Shown: piece after piece, positions 26,219 to 34,834 of the stretch | Layout: each line of letters begins with the position of its first letter | Position numbering within the stretch: the first letter of the stretch is position 1 | From: Candidatus Hydrogenedentota bacterium | GTDB lineage: Bacteria; Hydrogenedentota; Hydrogenedentia; Hydrogenedentales; SLHB01 | Assembly (NCBI GenBank): GCA_034408725.1 | Contig: JAWXCN010000267.1 | Coordinates: forward strand, 1 to 43,470 | DNA: 43,470 bases | Direction of reading: 5' to 3' | Program-made: the position numbers and the translations under genes | Notes under the pieces: model-generated | Seen by the model: the letters and a program-made list of their open reading frames with translations, nothing else | Told to the model about the DNA's origin: nothing | The model's database searches: none

Positions 26219-29060
26219 ACTTGGGCGAACGTCGCCTTACCTTCTTGATCGGAATGGATTGGGCCAGCGGCGACACGAGTTGCTCGTACAGCGCGAAAAG
26301 GTATTCAACGCGTTCGCGTTCACTCATAAATTCGGCGCGGCGGTAGCACTTGTCGACGGCGCGGTCAAGCGCGAGATGGGCTTTCAAGAGCGGCTCCGGC
26401 ATGTAAAACGGATCATAGAGATCGGTTAGGGTTTGACCCATGTCCAGATAGCGTTGCCGGGTCGAAAGCACGGCTTCGGCGCGCTCCTCGACCCTTTGGT
26501 GTTGCGCCGGACTCGCATCAAGCGGCCACGGAAAATTGTTGTAAACAAGTTTGGCGGAATACCGGTACCGGGATTCAAGGCGACCACAGACTTGTCGCAT
26601 CCACACCATGTGCATGCCGCTGCTGAGTACCCCAAAATGAAAATCCGTAGCGTCTGGGATTGCAGTACAGCTATTGTGAATTATCGTTGTAGGCTGAAAA
26701 TAGCCAAATGGAATGTATCGGCGATTCTCGGAACTATGCTGCGGAATAACCAGAAAACTGGTTTCTGGTTGTCTGATCTCCGCAAAAAGGTAGGGAATCG
26801 AAGCCAACTCCCGGGTAGGCGCTTTCTTACTCGCCAGGCGAAACGCCTTCACCGCCGCTAGCCGCTTCGCGAGGTACTCGTGTTTGCGAATCGCGCTTAC
26901 GTCCGCATATTGCAGCCATAAACAATACCGCTCTTTGCCTTGAAGGTACTCCTCGGCACACACCAGGGGCAGCACGTATTTCAGCAATTCTGGGTGGTTC
27001 CTTTTGAGCCACACCCTTTCCTCGACTTCTATGATGAGATGACCGCCGTCGGTGGGCTTGTTCCCGTACATTGTTTTCGGTACATCGCATAGCGGTTGAG
27101 ACCTTGGCGAGACTGCCAAATCGGGTCCTTCTACCAAATACGGACTTATATTCCGCACCGGCACGGAATGAGGTTCGGCATCGGGCTTCGTATACTCGTA
27201 AATGTGTTTTGCTTCGGGTTCCAGTCTTCCAAACCCAATAATAACGACGTGTACATGCGCCCTTCCTCGTGCTTCGCTTTGCCACGCGAAAGTTTGGTGC
27301 GCAAAGTGAATGTGCATTCCGGATTGAAAAAGGTAATTCCACAGGTATCCAGCCTGCTCGCCTTGGCAAATTGAATTGGTGGATACGAACGCGATGGCTA
27401 TCGTCGAGTTTCCCTTCGTAAAATCCGCTGCTTTTCGATACCAGCACGTTACGTAGTCCAGGCTGCCCGCGCCCGCTTCACTTCCCCAAATTCTGGCGGC
27501 GTCGCGTTTTTGGTCCAAGTTCATCAGATGCTTGCCCACAAACGGTGGATTGCCAAGAATAAATGCACATTTCAATGCCGGAATCAAGTCGTTCCAATCC
27601 ATGCGGAGCGCGTTCGCACAACGAATATGCGGCGCAGTGCGCAACGGAATGCGCTGGAACAGATTCCCGGCAGAATTCGTGAGTTCCATGTTCATTTGAT
27701 GGTCAGTGAGCCATAGCGCCGTTTCCGCGATGCGGGCGGCCCAGTCACCGATTTCGATGCCGTAGAACTGGTTGACATCGATGCGGGAGAGTTTTGCAAG
27801 TTCGCCGAGATTGAGTTCCTTGCCCCGCTTCTCAAATTCATGCAACAACGTGAGCACTTCAAGTTCCAACCGGCGCAGTTCGCGATATGCAATGACGAGA
27901 AAGTTTCCGCAGCCGCAAGCGGGATCGAGAAAGGTCAGCCGGGCAAGTTTGTCATGGAACTCGCGGAGCCGGGCCTTGCGGCGCGCAGAACGATCATTTT
28001 TGATTAGTCCAAACTCCGCGCGCAGGGCATCCAGAAACAAAGGGCGAATGACTTTCAGGATATTCCGTTCGGTGGTGTAGTGTGCGCCGATCTGCCGCCG
28101 CTCGGTGTCGTCCATGATGTTCTGAAACAGGGAACCGAAAACCGCGGGGGAAATGCGCGACCAGTCAAACCGGCAGGCGGCGCAAAGGCTATTGCGCATG
28201 TCACGGTTGAATGAGGCGATATGTAGATGTTCCGCGAACAATTCGCCGTTGATGTACGGAAAAGCGGCAATGTCTTCTTCGAGAATATTGACACGCTTCT
28301 CGACAGGCGTATTGAGCACTTCGAAGAGGTGTGACAATCGTGCACCGGGATCGGTGCCGTCAGCGCGGGTATGGTTGTCGAGGAATTGCTCGAATTGGGT
28401 GCGTTCGAAAATACCGGTATCGTCCGCGAAAAGACAAAACAACAGCCGGACAAGCAGCCGTTCGAGTTTTTCACCCTGGTATCCGCTGCTTTCCACGGCG
28501 TCGTGCAACTTCGCCATAATCTCGGCGGCCTGGATGTTGGCAGGGTCTTCTTCGCCGAATCGGTGCGTTTTTTGGCCGATGACGAAGGCAAACAGCTTGA
28601 CCTGCTTGTGGAGATCGGCGAGCGTAAATTCGGTGAGTTGATACTTGTGATCCCGCCAGAGCGGTAATTCGAGTTGTTCTTCCGGTTCGAGGTCGTAAAG
28701 CGCGAACCGTTGAAAATCGCTGAGACAAACCCACCGCGGTACTTCGTCCTGTCTGCCGGCGGAATACAATTCCTGAATGTATTGGAAGGCTTGAGAATGG
28801 GCCTTGTCCAGCGATTCCCCCGCGCTCTTATGCTCCGCGAGAAAGGTTCCCTTCCAAAACAGGTCAATGCGATGATGGGTATCGCGCAGAGATTTTACCG
28901 GGTCTTCGAACACTGCTACGGTGCGGCGGCGCACGCCGAAAACTTCAAAGAATTCGTTCCAGAAGGTCTGGGCCTCCGCGCGTACATCACGGGCGTCTTG
29001 CCACTCGCGGGAAAACTGGATCGCATTTTGGCGGATTTCGTTCCAGGATAGTTTCGGCAT
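26217..29060 (-). CDS. MmeI-family Type IIL restriction-modification enzyme (fused REase, m6A MTase and TRD)
   Basis: LSWNEIR..A..FS..W, PD-(D/E)xK core IDLFWKG...AEHKS, GAHYT, LDPACGCGNFL (motif I), GNPPF (motif IV), RLESRYRYS...YNNFPW, LLKAH..LDRAVD. Confidence 0.93.
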   Translation of the reverse strand: MPKLSWNEIRQNAIQFSREWQDARDVRAEAQTFWNEFFEVFGVRRRTVAVFEDPVKSLRDTHHRIDLFWKGTFLAEHKSAGESLDKAHSQAFQYIQELYSAGRQDEVPRWVCLSDFQRFALYDLEPEEQLELPLWRDHKYQLTEFTLADLHKQVKLFAFVIGQKTHRFGEEDPANIQAAEIMAKLHDAVESSGYQGEKLERLLVRLLFCLFADDTGIFERTQFEQFLDNHTRADGTDPGARLSHLFEVLNTPVEKRVNILEEDIAAFPYINGELFAEHLHIASFNRDMRNSLCAACRFDWSRISPAVFGSLFQNIMDDTERRQIGAHYTTERNILKVIRPLFLDALRAEFGLIKNDRSARRKARLREFHDKLARLTFLDPACGCGNFLVIAYRELRRLELEVLTLLHEFEKRGKELNLGELAKLSRIDVNQFYGIEIGDWAARIAETALWLTDHQMNMELTNSAGNLFQRIPLRTAPHIRCANALRMDWNDLIPALKCAFILGNPPFVGKHLMNLDQKRDAARIWGSEAGAGSLDYVTCWYRKAADFTKGNSTIAIAFVSTNSICQGEQAGYLWNYLFQSGMHIHFAHQTFAWQSEARGRAHVHVVIIGFGRLEPEAKHIYEYTKPDAEPHSVPVRNISPYLVEGPDLAVSPRSQPLCDVPKTMYGNKPTDGGHLIIEVEERVWLKRNHPELLKYVLPLVCAEEYLQGKERYCLWLQYADVSAIRKHEYLAKRLAAVKAFRLASKKAPTRELASIPYLFAEIRQPETSFLVIPQHSSENRRYIPFGYFQPTTIIHNSCTAIPDATDFHFGVLSSGMHMVWMRQVCGRLESRYRYSAKLVYNNFPWPLDASPAQHQRVEERAEAVLSTRQRYLDMGQTLTDLYDPFYMPEPLLKAHLALDRAVDKCYRRAEFMSERERVEYLFALYEQLVSPLAQSIPIKKVRRRSPK

Positions 29061-29309
29061 GGTCCCCAATCTAACGTGCCACGGTATCCTCGGCGTTAGC
29101 GTACACGATCTTTACTTGCGAGAGAATTCAGGGAACGCAGAGTCAGCCCAGCATTGTGTGCCAATTGAAACCAGCCATGAAGTATTGCAGCATTCAGGTT
29201 ACGTCTTTTCTGTCAACAGTGTTACCCTCGTTTCCGAAATTGCGCATCAATTGAATAGTCCGCGTTATACTTACGTCATATCGATCAAGACGCAGGGAGA
29301 CAATCACAC

Positions 29310-30251
29310 ATGATACGCGGCAATGCGTGGCGCTTGGGCGCGCGAACGAAGTTCCTGATTGTGCTGGGCATTGCGGCGGCAACGATAGGGTGCCCGCCAG
29401 GTCTTCTTCCCGCCAATCCTGTTGCGGTCACCCATGACGTTACATACGGGCTGGGATACGTGAGCGACGGCTCCAAGGGCGGGTATGTGCTGGCGCCGCT
29501 GCTGATGGACGTGTATGTGCCGGAGAACGTCGACGGGCCGCGGCCGGGCGTAGTCATCATGCACGGCGGCGGATTCTTCGAAGGCGGCAAGGACGACGAG
29601 CGCATTGTCGATTTCGCGACCTATCTCGCGGGCAGGGGCTACGTGTGTTTTGCAATTAACTACCGGCTTCTCCAAGACCAACCGCCAGCGCCCGACCTCT
29701 GGAGCGCGCTACTGTTCACATCCGCCGTCCACGCGGCAATCGTCGATGCGAAGGCCGCCGTGCGGCATGTGCGGAAGCATGCAGGCGACTACGGTGTGGA
29801 CGCGAACAGTTTAGCGTTCATCGGGGAATCGGCGGGGGCCATCGCGGGCGTCGCCGCAGCCGTGACGGAACCGGATGATTACGCGATGGACGGACCGGAC
29901 TTCCCCATCCCCCCGGAAAACGCGCCAAACGCGTCGCCCCGCATTCAGGCCTACGTGCATCTCTGGGGCAACGCCGACCACGTGCTCGGCGACATCTCCC
30001 CCGACGATCCCCCAACCATGATCCTCCACGGCGAAGACGATGACGTTATTCTCACGCCGTTCGCCGTTGCCGAACGGTTTCATTTCTTTCTCGATTTGCA
30101 GGACGTTCCGCACGAGTTCTATGCGGCAGAGAACTTTGGGCACGCGGCCTGGAACTACCGCTTTCGCGGAAAAACCGTTGAACGGCTAACCCTCGATTTC
30201 CTCAACCAGCATCTCCTCGGCATCGGCAAAACAGAAGACCCAACCGGGTAA
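29310..30251 (+). CDS. Alpha/beta hydrolase esterase/lipase (HSL/BD-FAE-like), probable lipoprotein
   Basis: HGGGF oxyanion motif, INYRL, GESAG nucleophile, LHGEDD, GHAAW. Leader ends in TIGC. Confidence 0.85.
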   Translation: MIRGNAWRLGARTKFLIVLGIAAATIGCPPGLLPANPVAVTHDVTYGLGYVSDGSKGGYVLAPLLMDVYVPENVDGPRPGVVIMHGGGFFEGGKDDERIVDFATYLAGRGYVCFAINYRLLQDQPPAPDLWSALLFTSAVHAAIVDAKAAVRHVRKHAGDYGVDANSLAFIGESAGAIAGVAAAVTEPDDYAMDGPDFPIPPENAPNASPRIQAYVHLWGNADHVLGDISPDDPPTMILHGEDDDVILTPFAVAERFHFFLDLQDVPHEFYAAENFGHAAWNYRFRGKTVERLTLDFLNQHLLGIGKTEDPTG

Positions 30252-30382
30252 TTTGCCCTCAACCTTGGCGCAGTGCCATAAAGGCCGGCTGAAGCTTTAT
30301 CCGAAGTGCTGGGCAGTCCGGCGTAGCGGCAATCCAAACAATCATTCAAAGTCTAAATGCACCGCCGGTCAACCCGATATCC

Positions 30383-30548
30383 GCTAAAGCAAAAGGAAAG
30401 GCCTTGCCTGCCGGAACGTATGGAACCTGGTCTCATGAAACATTGCGCTTGGGCCGATAGCGAAACGATCATTCAACTGCACGGCAATGGCCCCTGGATC
30501 ATCGAATATTTGAACCCCGCGGACGATCCCCGCAACGCTAAAAAGTGA
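30383..30548 (+). pseudogene. 3' remnant of a cupin-domain gene
   Basis: AKAKGKALPAGT, a frame change, then MEPGLMKHCAWADSETIIQLHGNGPWIIEYLNPADDPR. This resembles the C-terminus of small cupins; no N-terminal half is present. Confidence 0.55.
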
Positions 30549-30623
30549 ACGGAGCGAAAATCTTCGAACAGTTTGATGGCGCGGCCGAGGCCAGTTCATA
30601 CACGGTGACAACCAAAGTGTTAA

Positions 30624-30700
30624 TGGCGTGCCCGGAGCGATTCGAACGCTCGACCTACAGCTTAGAAGGCTGTTGCTCTATCCACCTGAGCTACGGGCAC
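30624..30700 (-). tRNA. tRNA-Arg(TCT)
   Basis: Minus strand GTGCCCGTAGCTCAGGTGGATAGAGCAACAGCCTTCTAAGCTGTAGGTCGAGCGTTCGAATCGCTCCGGGCACGCCA: cloverleaf, anticodon TCT, TTCGAAT T-loop, encoded CCA. Confidence 0.97.
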
Positions 30701-30714
30701 GCAAGCGCGGGCGC

Positions 30715-30723
30715 ATTATGGCA
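30715..30723 (-). promoter_or_regulatory. Extended -10 element of tRNA promoter
   Basis: Minus strand TGC-CATAAT followed by GC-rich discriminator GCGCCCGC, 14 nt before the tRNA. Confidence 0.5.
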
Positions 30724-30760
30724 AACCCTGCCACCTACCTTCCACGCCGGCGCCAACCGT

Positions 30761-31885
30761 TTAGCCTAGCGTCTTCCTGAACCGGGTCGCGCTGACACCC
30801 AGAAGAATTGTTCCGATTACGATCAATCCGAGGCCCTGCGGCCACAGTTCGCTAAACCCCGCGCCGCGCAAAATGATACCCCGCAGAATCCGGATAAAAT
30901 ACGTAACGGGAAAGACCTGGCCAAACACATAGATCGGGTACGGCATGGATTCCTGTGGAAACATGAATCCCGACAATAGCACCGATGGCAACATGACGAG
31001 AAACGCTATCTGAATTGCTTGCACCTGATTACTTGCGATTGTTGAAACCATCAGGCCCAAGCCCAGTGACGTAAAAAGGAACAGGATCGAGAATGCCGCC
31101 AGAAGCATGACGCTTCCTTCGATGCGAACCTGAAACAGAAAACGCATCAACAGCACGACGACAAAGACTTCAAAAGCGCCAATGCAGGCATAGGGCGACA
31201 GTTTTCCCACCATCAGTCCCAGCCGCGAAACCGGTGTCACCATGAGTTGTTCAAGCGTGCCCGTTTCTTTTTCACGCACTACGGCAAATGCCGTCAGAAA
31301 CATTGTCACCACCTGCAATACGATGCCAATGAGGCCCGGCACCATGAAATTCGCGGTTTTCATGTCGGGATTAAACAACACGCGAGGCCGCATCTCGATG
31401 GGTTGCCGCTGTCCCGGCAAACGCTCCTGTATAATCTGAAACGACGATTGCATCGCAATCGCGTTCGCGACGTTCAACGCCTGCATCGCGACCGTCGAGT
31501 CGCTGCCGTCTATCAGCACCTGGACCTGTGACGGTTTTCCAAGCGCAATATCATCGGAAAAATCCGGCGGAATCTTGATGCCGACTTTGGCGCGGCCGTC
31601 AATAATCGCGCCGTTCAGTTCATCGTCCGAATACGATTGCCCGACGAATTTGAAGTACCCCGTGTTCGTAAACCGATCGAGGAGAACGCGGCTGGCTTCG
31701 CGTCCGTCAAGGTTGTAGTAAACCGTAGGAATATTTTCCACGTCGAGACGTATGGCGTAACCGAATATCGTGAGTTGAATGCCGGGAATGACAAGCATCA
31801 ACAACAACGTCTTCGGATCCCGCAAGATGTGAATCGTCTCTTTGTAGACGATTGCGCTGAATCCCCTAAACACGGCGAGCCTCAT
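30761..31885 (-). CDS. ABC-2 exporter permease (YbhS/YbhR-like)
   Basis: KE..HILRD, FGYAI, IDGSD, FNPDM, VPGLIG, REKETGTLEQLMVTP, LSGFMFP. Confidence 0.92.
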   Translation of the reverse strand: MRLAVFRGFSAIVYKETIHILRDPKTLLLMLVIPGIQLTIFGYAIRLDVENIPTVYYNLDGREASRVLLDRFTNTGYFKFVGQSYSDDELNGAIIDGRAKVGIKIPPDFSDDIALGKPSQVQVLIDGSDSTVAMQALNVANAIAMQSSFQIIQERLPGQRQPIEMRPRVLFNPDMKTANFMVPGLIGIVLQVVTMFLTAFAVVREKETGTLEQLMVTPVSRLGLMVGKLSPYACIGAFEVFVVVLLMRFLFQVRIEGSVMLLAAFSILFLFTSLGLGLMVSTIASNQVQAIQIAFLVMLPSVLLSGFMFPQESMPYPIYVFGQVFPVTYFIRILRGIILRGAGFSELWPQGLGLIVIGTILLGVSATRFRKTLG

Positions 31886-32819
31886 CCATTGTTCGTGTCA
31901 GCGTCACAAACACGTCCTCAAGCGACGCGGGAATCGAGTCAACGTGTACATCCTGGAATCCTGCTGCCTGCATCGCATCGCGCAAGCGCGTTCCCGATTC
32001 CTCTTCAGTCAGGACGTGCAAAGAATCGCCAAATATGGTTGCATCGCGCACGTAGCCGAAGGTGTTGAGCAGCGCCATCGCCTGCGGCTGGCGATCACTG
32101 ATCACGCGAAGGCGTTCGAGGCCCACGGGCGTAACTTCGGGTAATTCCTTCAACTCACCCGGCGTGCCGCTTGCAATTAGTTTCGAATAATAAATATAGC
32201 CTACATGAGAACAACGCTCCGCCTCGTCCATGTAATGCGTCGTTACAAAGAACGTATGCCCCGCATTCGACAATTCAAACAACAGGTTCCACAGCGCGCG
32301 GCGGGCGACCGGGTCTATACCCGCGGTCGGTTCATCGAGAAATAATAAACGCGGTTCGTGGACCAGCGCGCAGGACAACGCCAGACGTTGCCGCCATCCG
32401 CCGGACAATTGTCGCGCAAGCCGGTTGCGAAAATCTCCGATTCCGGTAATATTTATTACCTCTTCAATGCGTTCCCGCGCCCGCTGGCGTGGCAGCGCGT
32501 AAACGCGCGTGTAGAACGTGAGGTTCTCGAGTACGGTGAGATCACCGTAGAGACTAAACTGCTGCGACATATAACCGATGTGACGTTTAATTTCGTCGGT
32601 TTGCCGCAGCAAATCAAAACCCATTACCTCGGCCGTTCCGTTCGTCGGCCGCAGCAGTCCACAGAGCATGCGAATCAGCGTGGTTTTGCCCGCGCCGTTT
32701 GGTCCAAGCAATCCGAATATGCTTCCCTGCTCGACCTGAATGTTCACGGAATCCACCGCGGTGAACGCGCCAAACTTTCGGGTCAAGCCGTGAGTTTTGA
32801 TCGCGAGTTCCGGCACCAT
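31866..32819 (-). CDS. ABC transporter ATP-binding protein
   Basis: Walker A GPNGAGKT, signature LSGGWRQR, Walker B LFLDEPT, TTHYMDEA. Confidence 0.95.
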   Translation of the reverse strand: MVPELAIKTHGLTRKFGAFTAVDSVNIQVEQGSIFGLLGPNGAGKTTLIRMLCGLLRPTNGTAEVMGFDLLRQTDEIKRHIGYMSQQFSLYGDLTVLENLTFYTRVYALPRQRARERIEEVINITGIGDFRNRLARQLSGGWRQRLALSCALVHEPRLLFLDEPTAGIDPVARRALWNLLFELSNAGHTFFVTTHYMDEAERCSHVGYIYYSKLIASGTPGELKELPEVTPVGLERLRVISDRQPQAMALLNTFGYVRDATIFGDSLHVLTEEESGTRLRDAMQAAGFQDVHVDSIPASLEDVFVTLTRTMDEARRV

Positions 32820-32825
32820 GCCACG

Positions 32826-33950
32826 CTACTTCGCGACAGATGCGTTCAGGTGCGCGGTAGCGGCCATCCCTGGACGCAGCCTGCCGTCGTGTGAATCGAA
32901 GGCTATCTTGATCCCGAACATCTGTTGCGCGCGCTCCTCTTCGGTCTGCAAATTGCGCGGCGTGAATTCCCCTTGCAACGCGATAAAGCTCACTTTACCC
33001 GTGAAAAGCTCCGGCCCGTGGGAATCGGTCGTGAACGTTACTTCTTGGCCGATTGAGAGATTACCCAGTAGCGCGGAACTGACGTACACCACAAGTTCCA
33101 GATCTTCGGGATCCGCAAGCTGCATCATCGAGCCAGGCCCGGCGAGGTCCCCGGCATGTATATCGAGTGATTCAACCACCGCGGCGCGCGGCGCGATAAC
33201 AGTCATTTCACGGAGTTGCAGTTCGGCGCGCTGGGTTTCGGCTTGTGCGGCGTCACGCGCGGCCCGTGCGAAATCGAGGTCTTCTTTTCGCGCACCGTTC
33301 TTGAGCAGATCAAATGCCGCTGCACTCCGGTCGCGCTCAGCCTTGGCCATTTCGATCTGTTCGTTTCGTGTGCCTCGCGCGAGTAGGTCGAGTTGTTCGC
33401 GCGCGGCACGATATTGGCTTTCCCTGGCTTCATACGTGCGCAAGGCTTGGTCGAACGCCTGCTGAGATACCGCCTTGCCTTCCAACAACTTCCCGATGCG
33501 CTCAAAATCTGACCGTGCCGTTTCCAGTTGTGCCATCGCCGCGTTGGCCAATGCGCGCGCCGCTTCGATTTCTTCCGAACGCGCGCCATTCAACGCCATC
33601 ATGTAGGCGGCTTCGGTTGCAGCCGCTACTGCTTGCGCTTGCGCAAGCTCTTCGGGGCGCGCCCCAGTTTCCAGCCGCTCAATCGTCGCTTCGGCCTGCG
33701 CCAACCTGGCTTTGGACGCGACAATGGCGGCTTCCTGTTCGCCGCATTCCAATTTTACCAGCACATCTCCGGCGGCAACGGTATTGCCCTCACTTACCAT
33801 TACCTCCGCGACACGCCCGCCAATACGTGATCCAACACCAATCGACGTGCCTTCAATCGTCCCCGTTACGCGCAATTTGGAGGTCGTACCGTCCGTACAT
33901 CCCGTCACTGCCGCAACTACAAGGAGGAGCATTCCGGTCCTAGTCAGCAT
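32826..33950 (-). CDS. HlyD-family periplasmic adaptor (YbhG-like)
   Basis: Lipobox VTGC, lipoyl-like half-motifs (GGRVAEVMVSEG), coiled coil with GAR.EE repeats, EFTPRNLQT, LRPGM. Confidence 0.9.
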   Translation of the reverse strand: MLTRTGMLLLVVAAVTGCTDGTTSKLRVTGTIEGTSIGVGSRIGGRVAEVMVSEGNTVAAGDVLVKLECGEQEAAIVASKARLAQAEATIERLETGARPEELAQAQAVAAATEAAYMMALNGARSEEIEAARALANAAMAQLETARSDFERIGKLLEGKAVSQQAFDQALRTYEARESQYRAAREQLDLLARGTRNEQIEMAKAERDRSAAAFDLLKNGARKEDLDFARAARDAAQAETQRAELQLREMTVIAPRAAVVESLDIHAGDLAGPGSMMQLADPEDLELVVYVSSALLGNLSIGQEVTFTTDSHGPELFTGKVSFIALQGEFTPRNLQTEEERAQQMFGIKIAFDSHDGRLRPGMAATAHLNASVAK

Positions 33951-34104
33951 GCAGCCGTCTCCGTTTCCCCGCACTATTCACCCGTTAGAACTCCGCAACG
34001 AAATCCTACATACGCGGATGTTTCCACGCAAAATACTGTGTAGCTGGCAGAATTCGGGAAATCTCCTGATGATCACTTCTACAAATTTCTGGTAGACTCA
34101 CCGC

Positions 34105-34833
34105 ATGCCAGCCACGCCTAACTACATTACGCAATGGGCACTGCCAACTGTTATTTTTTCCGCGATTGCCGCCCTATCCGCGATCGCGCAATCCGCTTCG
34201 CCACTCCCGGACGCCACGGCATTCGCCGAATGCGTGCTCCGTGTCGCCAGAACATATCCGGCGGACGGCAAGCACACGTATCACTGGCCCAAACAAGGCG
34301 CGTGGAAAGGCGTCACCCAGGACGTGTTTTACAATGGCGAACTGATTTGCACTGGAGACGCGCAGCGGCGCTGTCATTGCAGCGGCATCACCTGGGAAGT
34401 TTTCATGCGCGCCATTGATGAATACAACCGCGACCGCGCGGACAAAGCCCTGCACACGTGGACGCCAAAGGACGTCAAAAATTTCCAGTTCCTTTGGTTT
34501 GGCAGCGACGGCAACAAACATTGCCTCGAAAACGCAGTGCTTACTTATGGAATAGGAAACAAGATCGCCGATCCAGCCGATGCACGGCCTGGTGATTTCG
34601 TACAGTTCTGGCGCGGGAATGGTTCAGGCCATTCCTGCATTTTTCAGGAATGGGTCCGCGACGGGAACGGCCGGATTACCCATCTTAAGTATTGGTCCGC
34701 CCAGAAAAAAACAAATGGAATCGGATTCAATCAGGAAACAGTCGGCGACGAACGGGGCATCATCCTTGATCAAGTCTATATCGTGCGCGTTGGAAAACCT
34801 TCCGGCCACGACCGCGCGAAAGATATCGAATAA
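34105..34833 (+). CDS. Secreted protein, putative papain-fold (NlpC/P60-like) Cys-His hydrolase
   Basis: Signal peptide, then HCSGITW ... ARPGDFVQFW ... GHSCIF, the spacing typical of NlpC/P60-superfamily active sites. Confidence 0.55.
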   Translation: MPATPNYITQWALPTVIFSAIAALSAIAQSASPLPDATAFAECVLRVARTYPADGKHTYHWPKQGAWKGVTQDVFYNGELICTGDAQRRCHCSGITWEVFMRAIDEYNRDRADKALHTWTPKDVKNFQFLWFGSDGNKHCLENAVLTYGIGNKIADPADARPGDFVQFWRGNGSGHSCIFQEWVRDGNGRITHLKYWSAQKKTNGIGFNQETVGDERGIILDQVYIVRVGKPSGHDRAKDIE

Positions 34834-34834
34834 C

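Noticed and set aside
30549-30623. attL/attR or integrase next to tRNA-Arg
   Set aside because: No tyrosine or serine recombinase ORF is present, and no repeat of the tRNA 3' end was seen by eye.
34580-34834. N-terminal extension of the 1086-aa ORF
   Set aside because: It overlaps the 34105..34833 gene, and a signal-like leader begins only after 34835.
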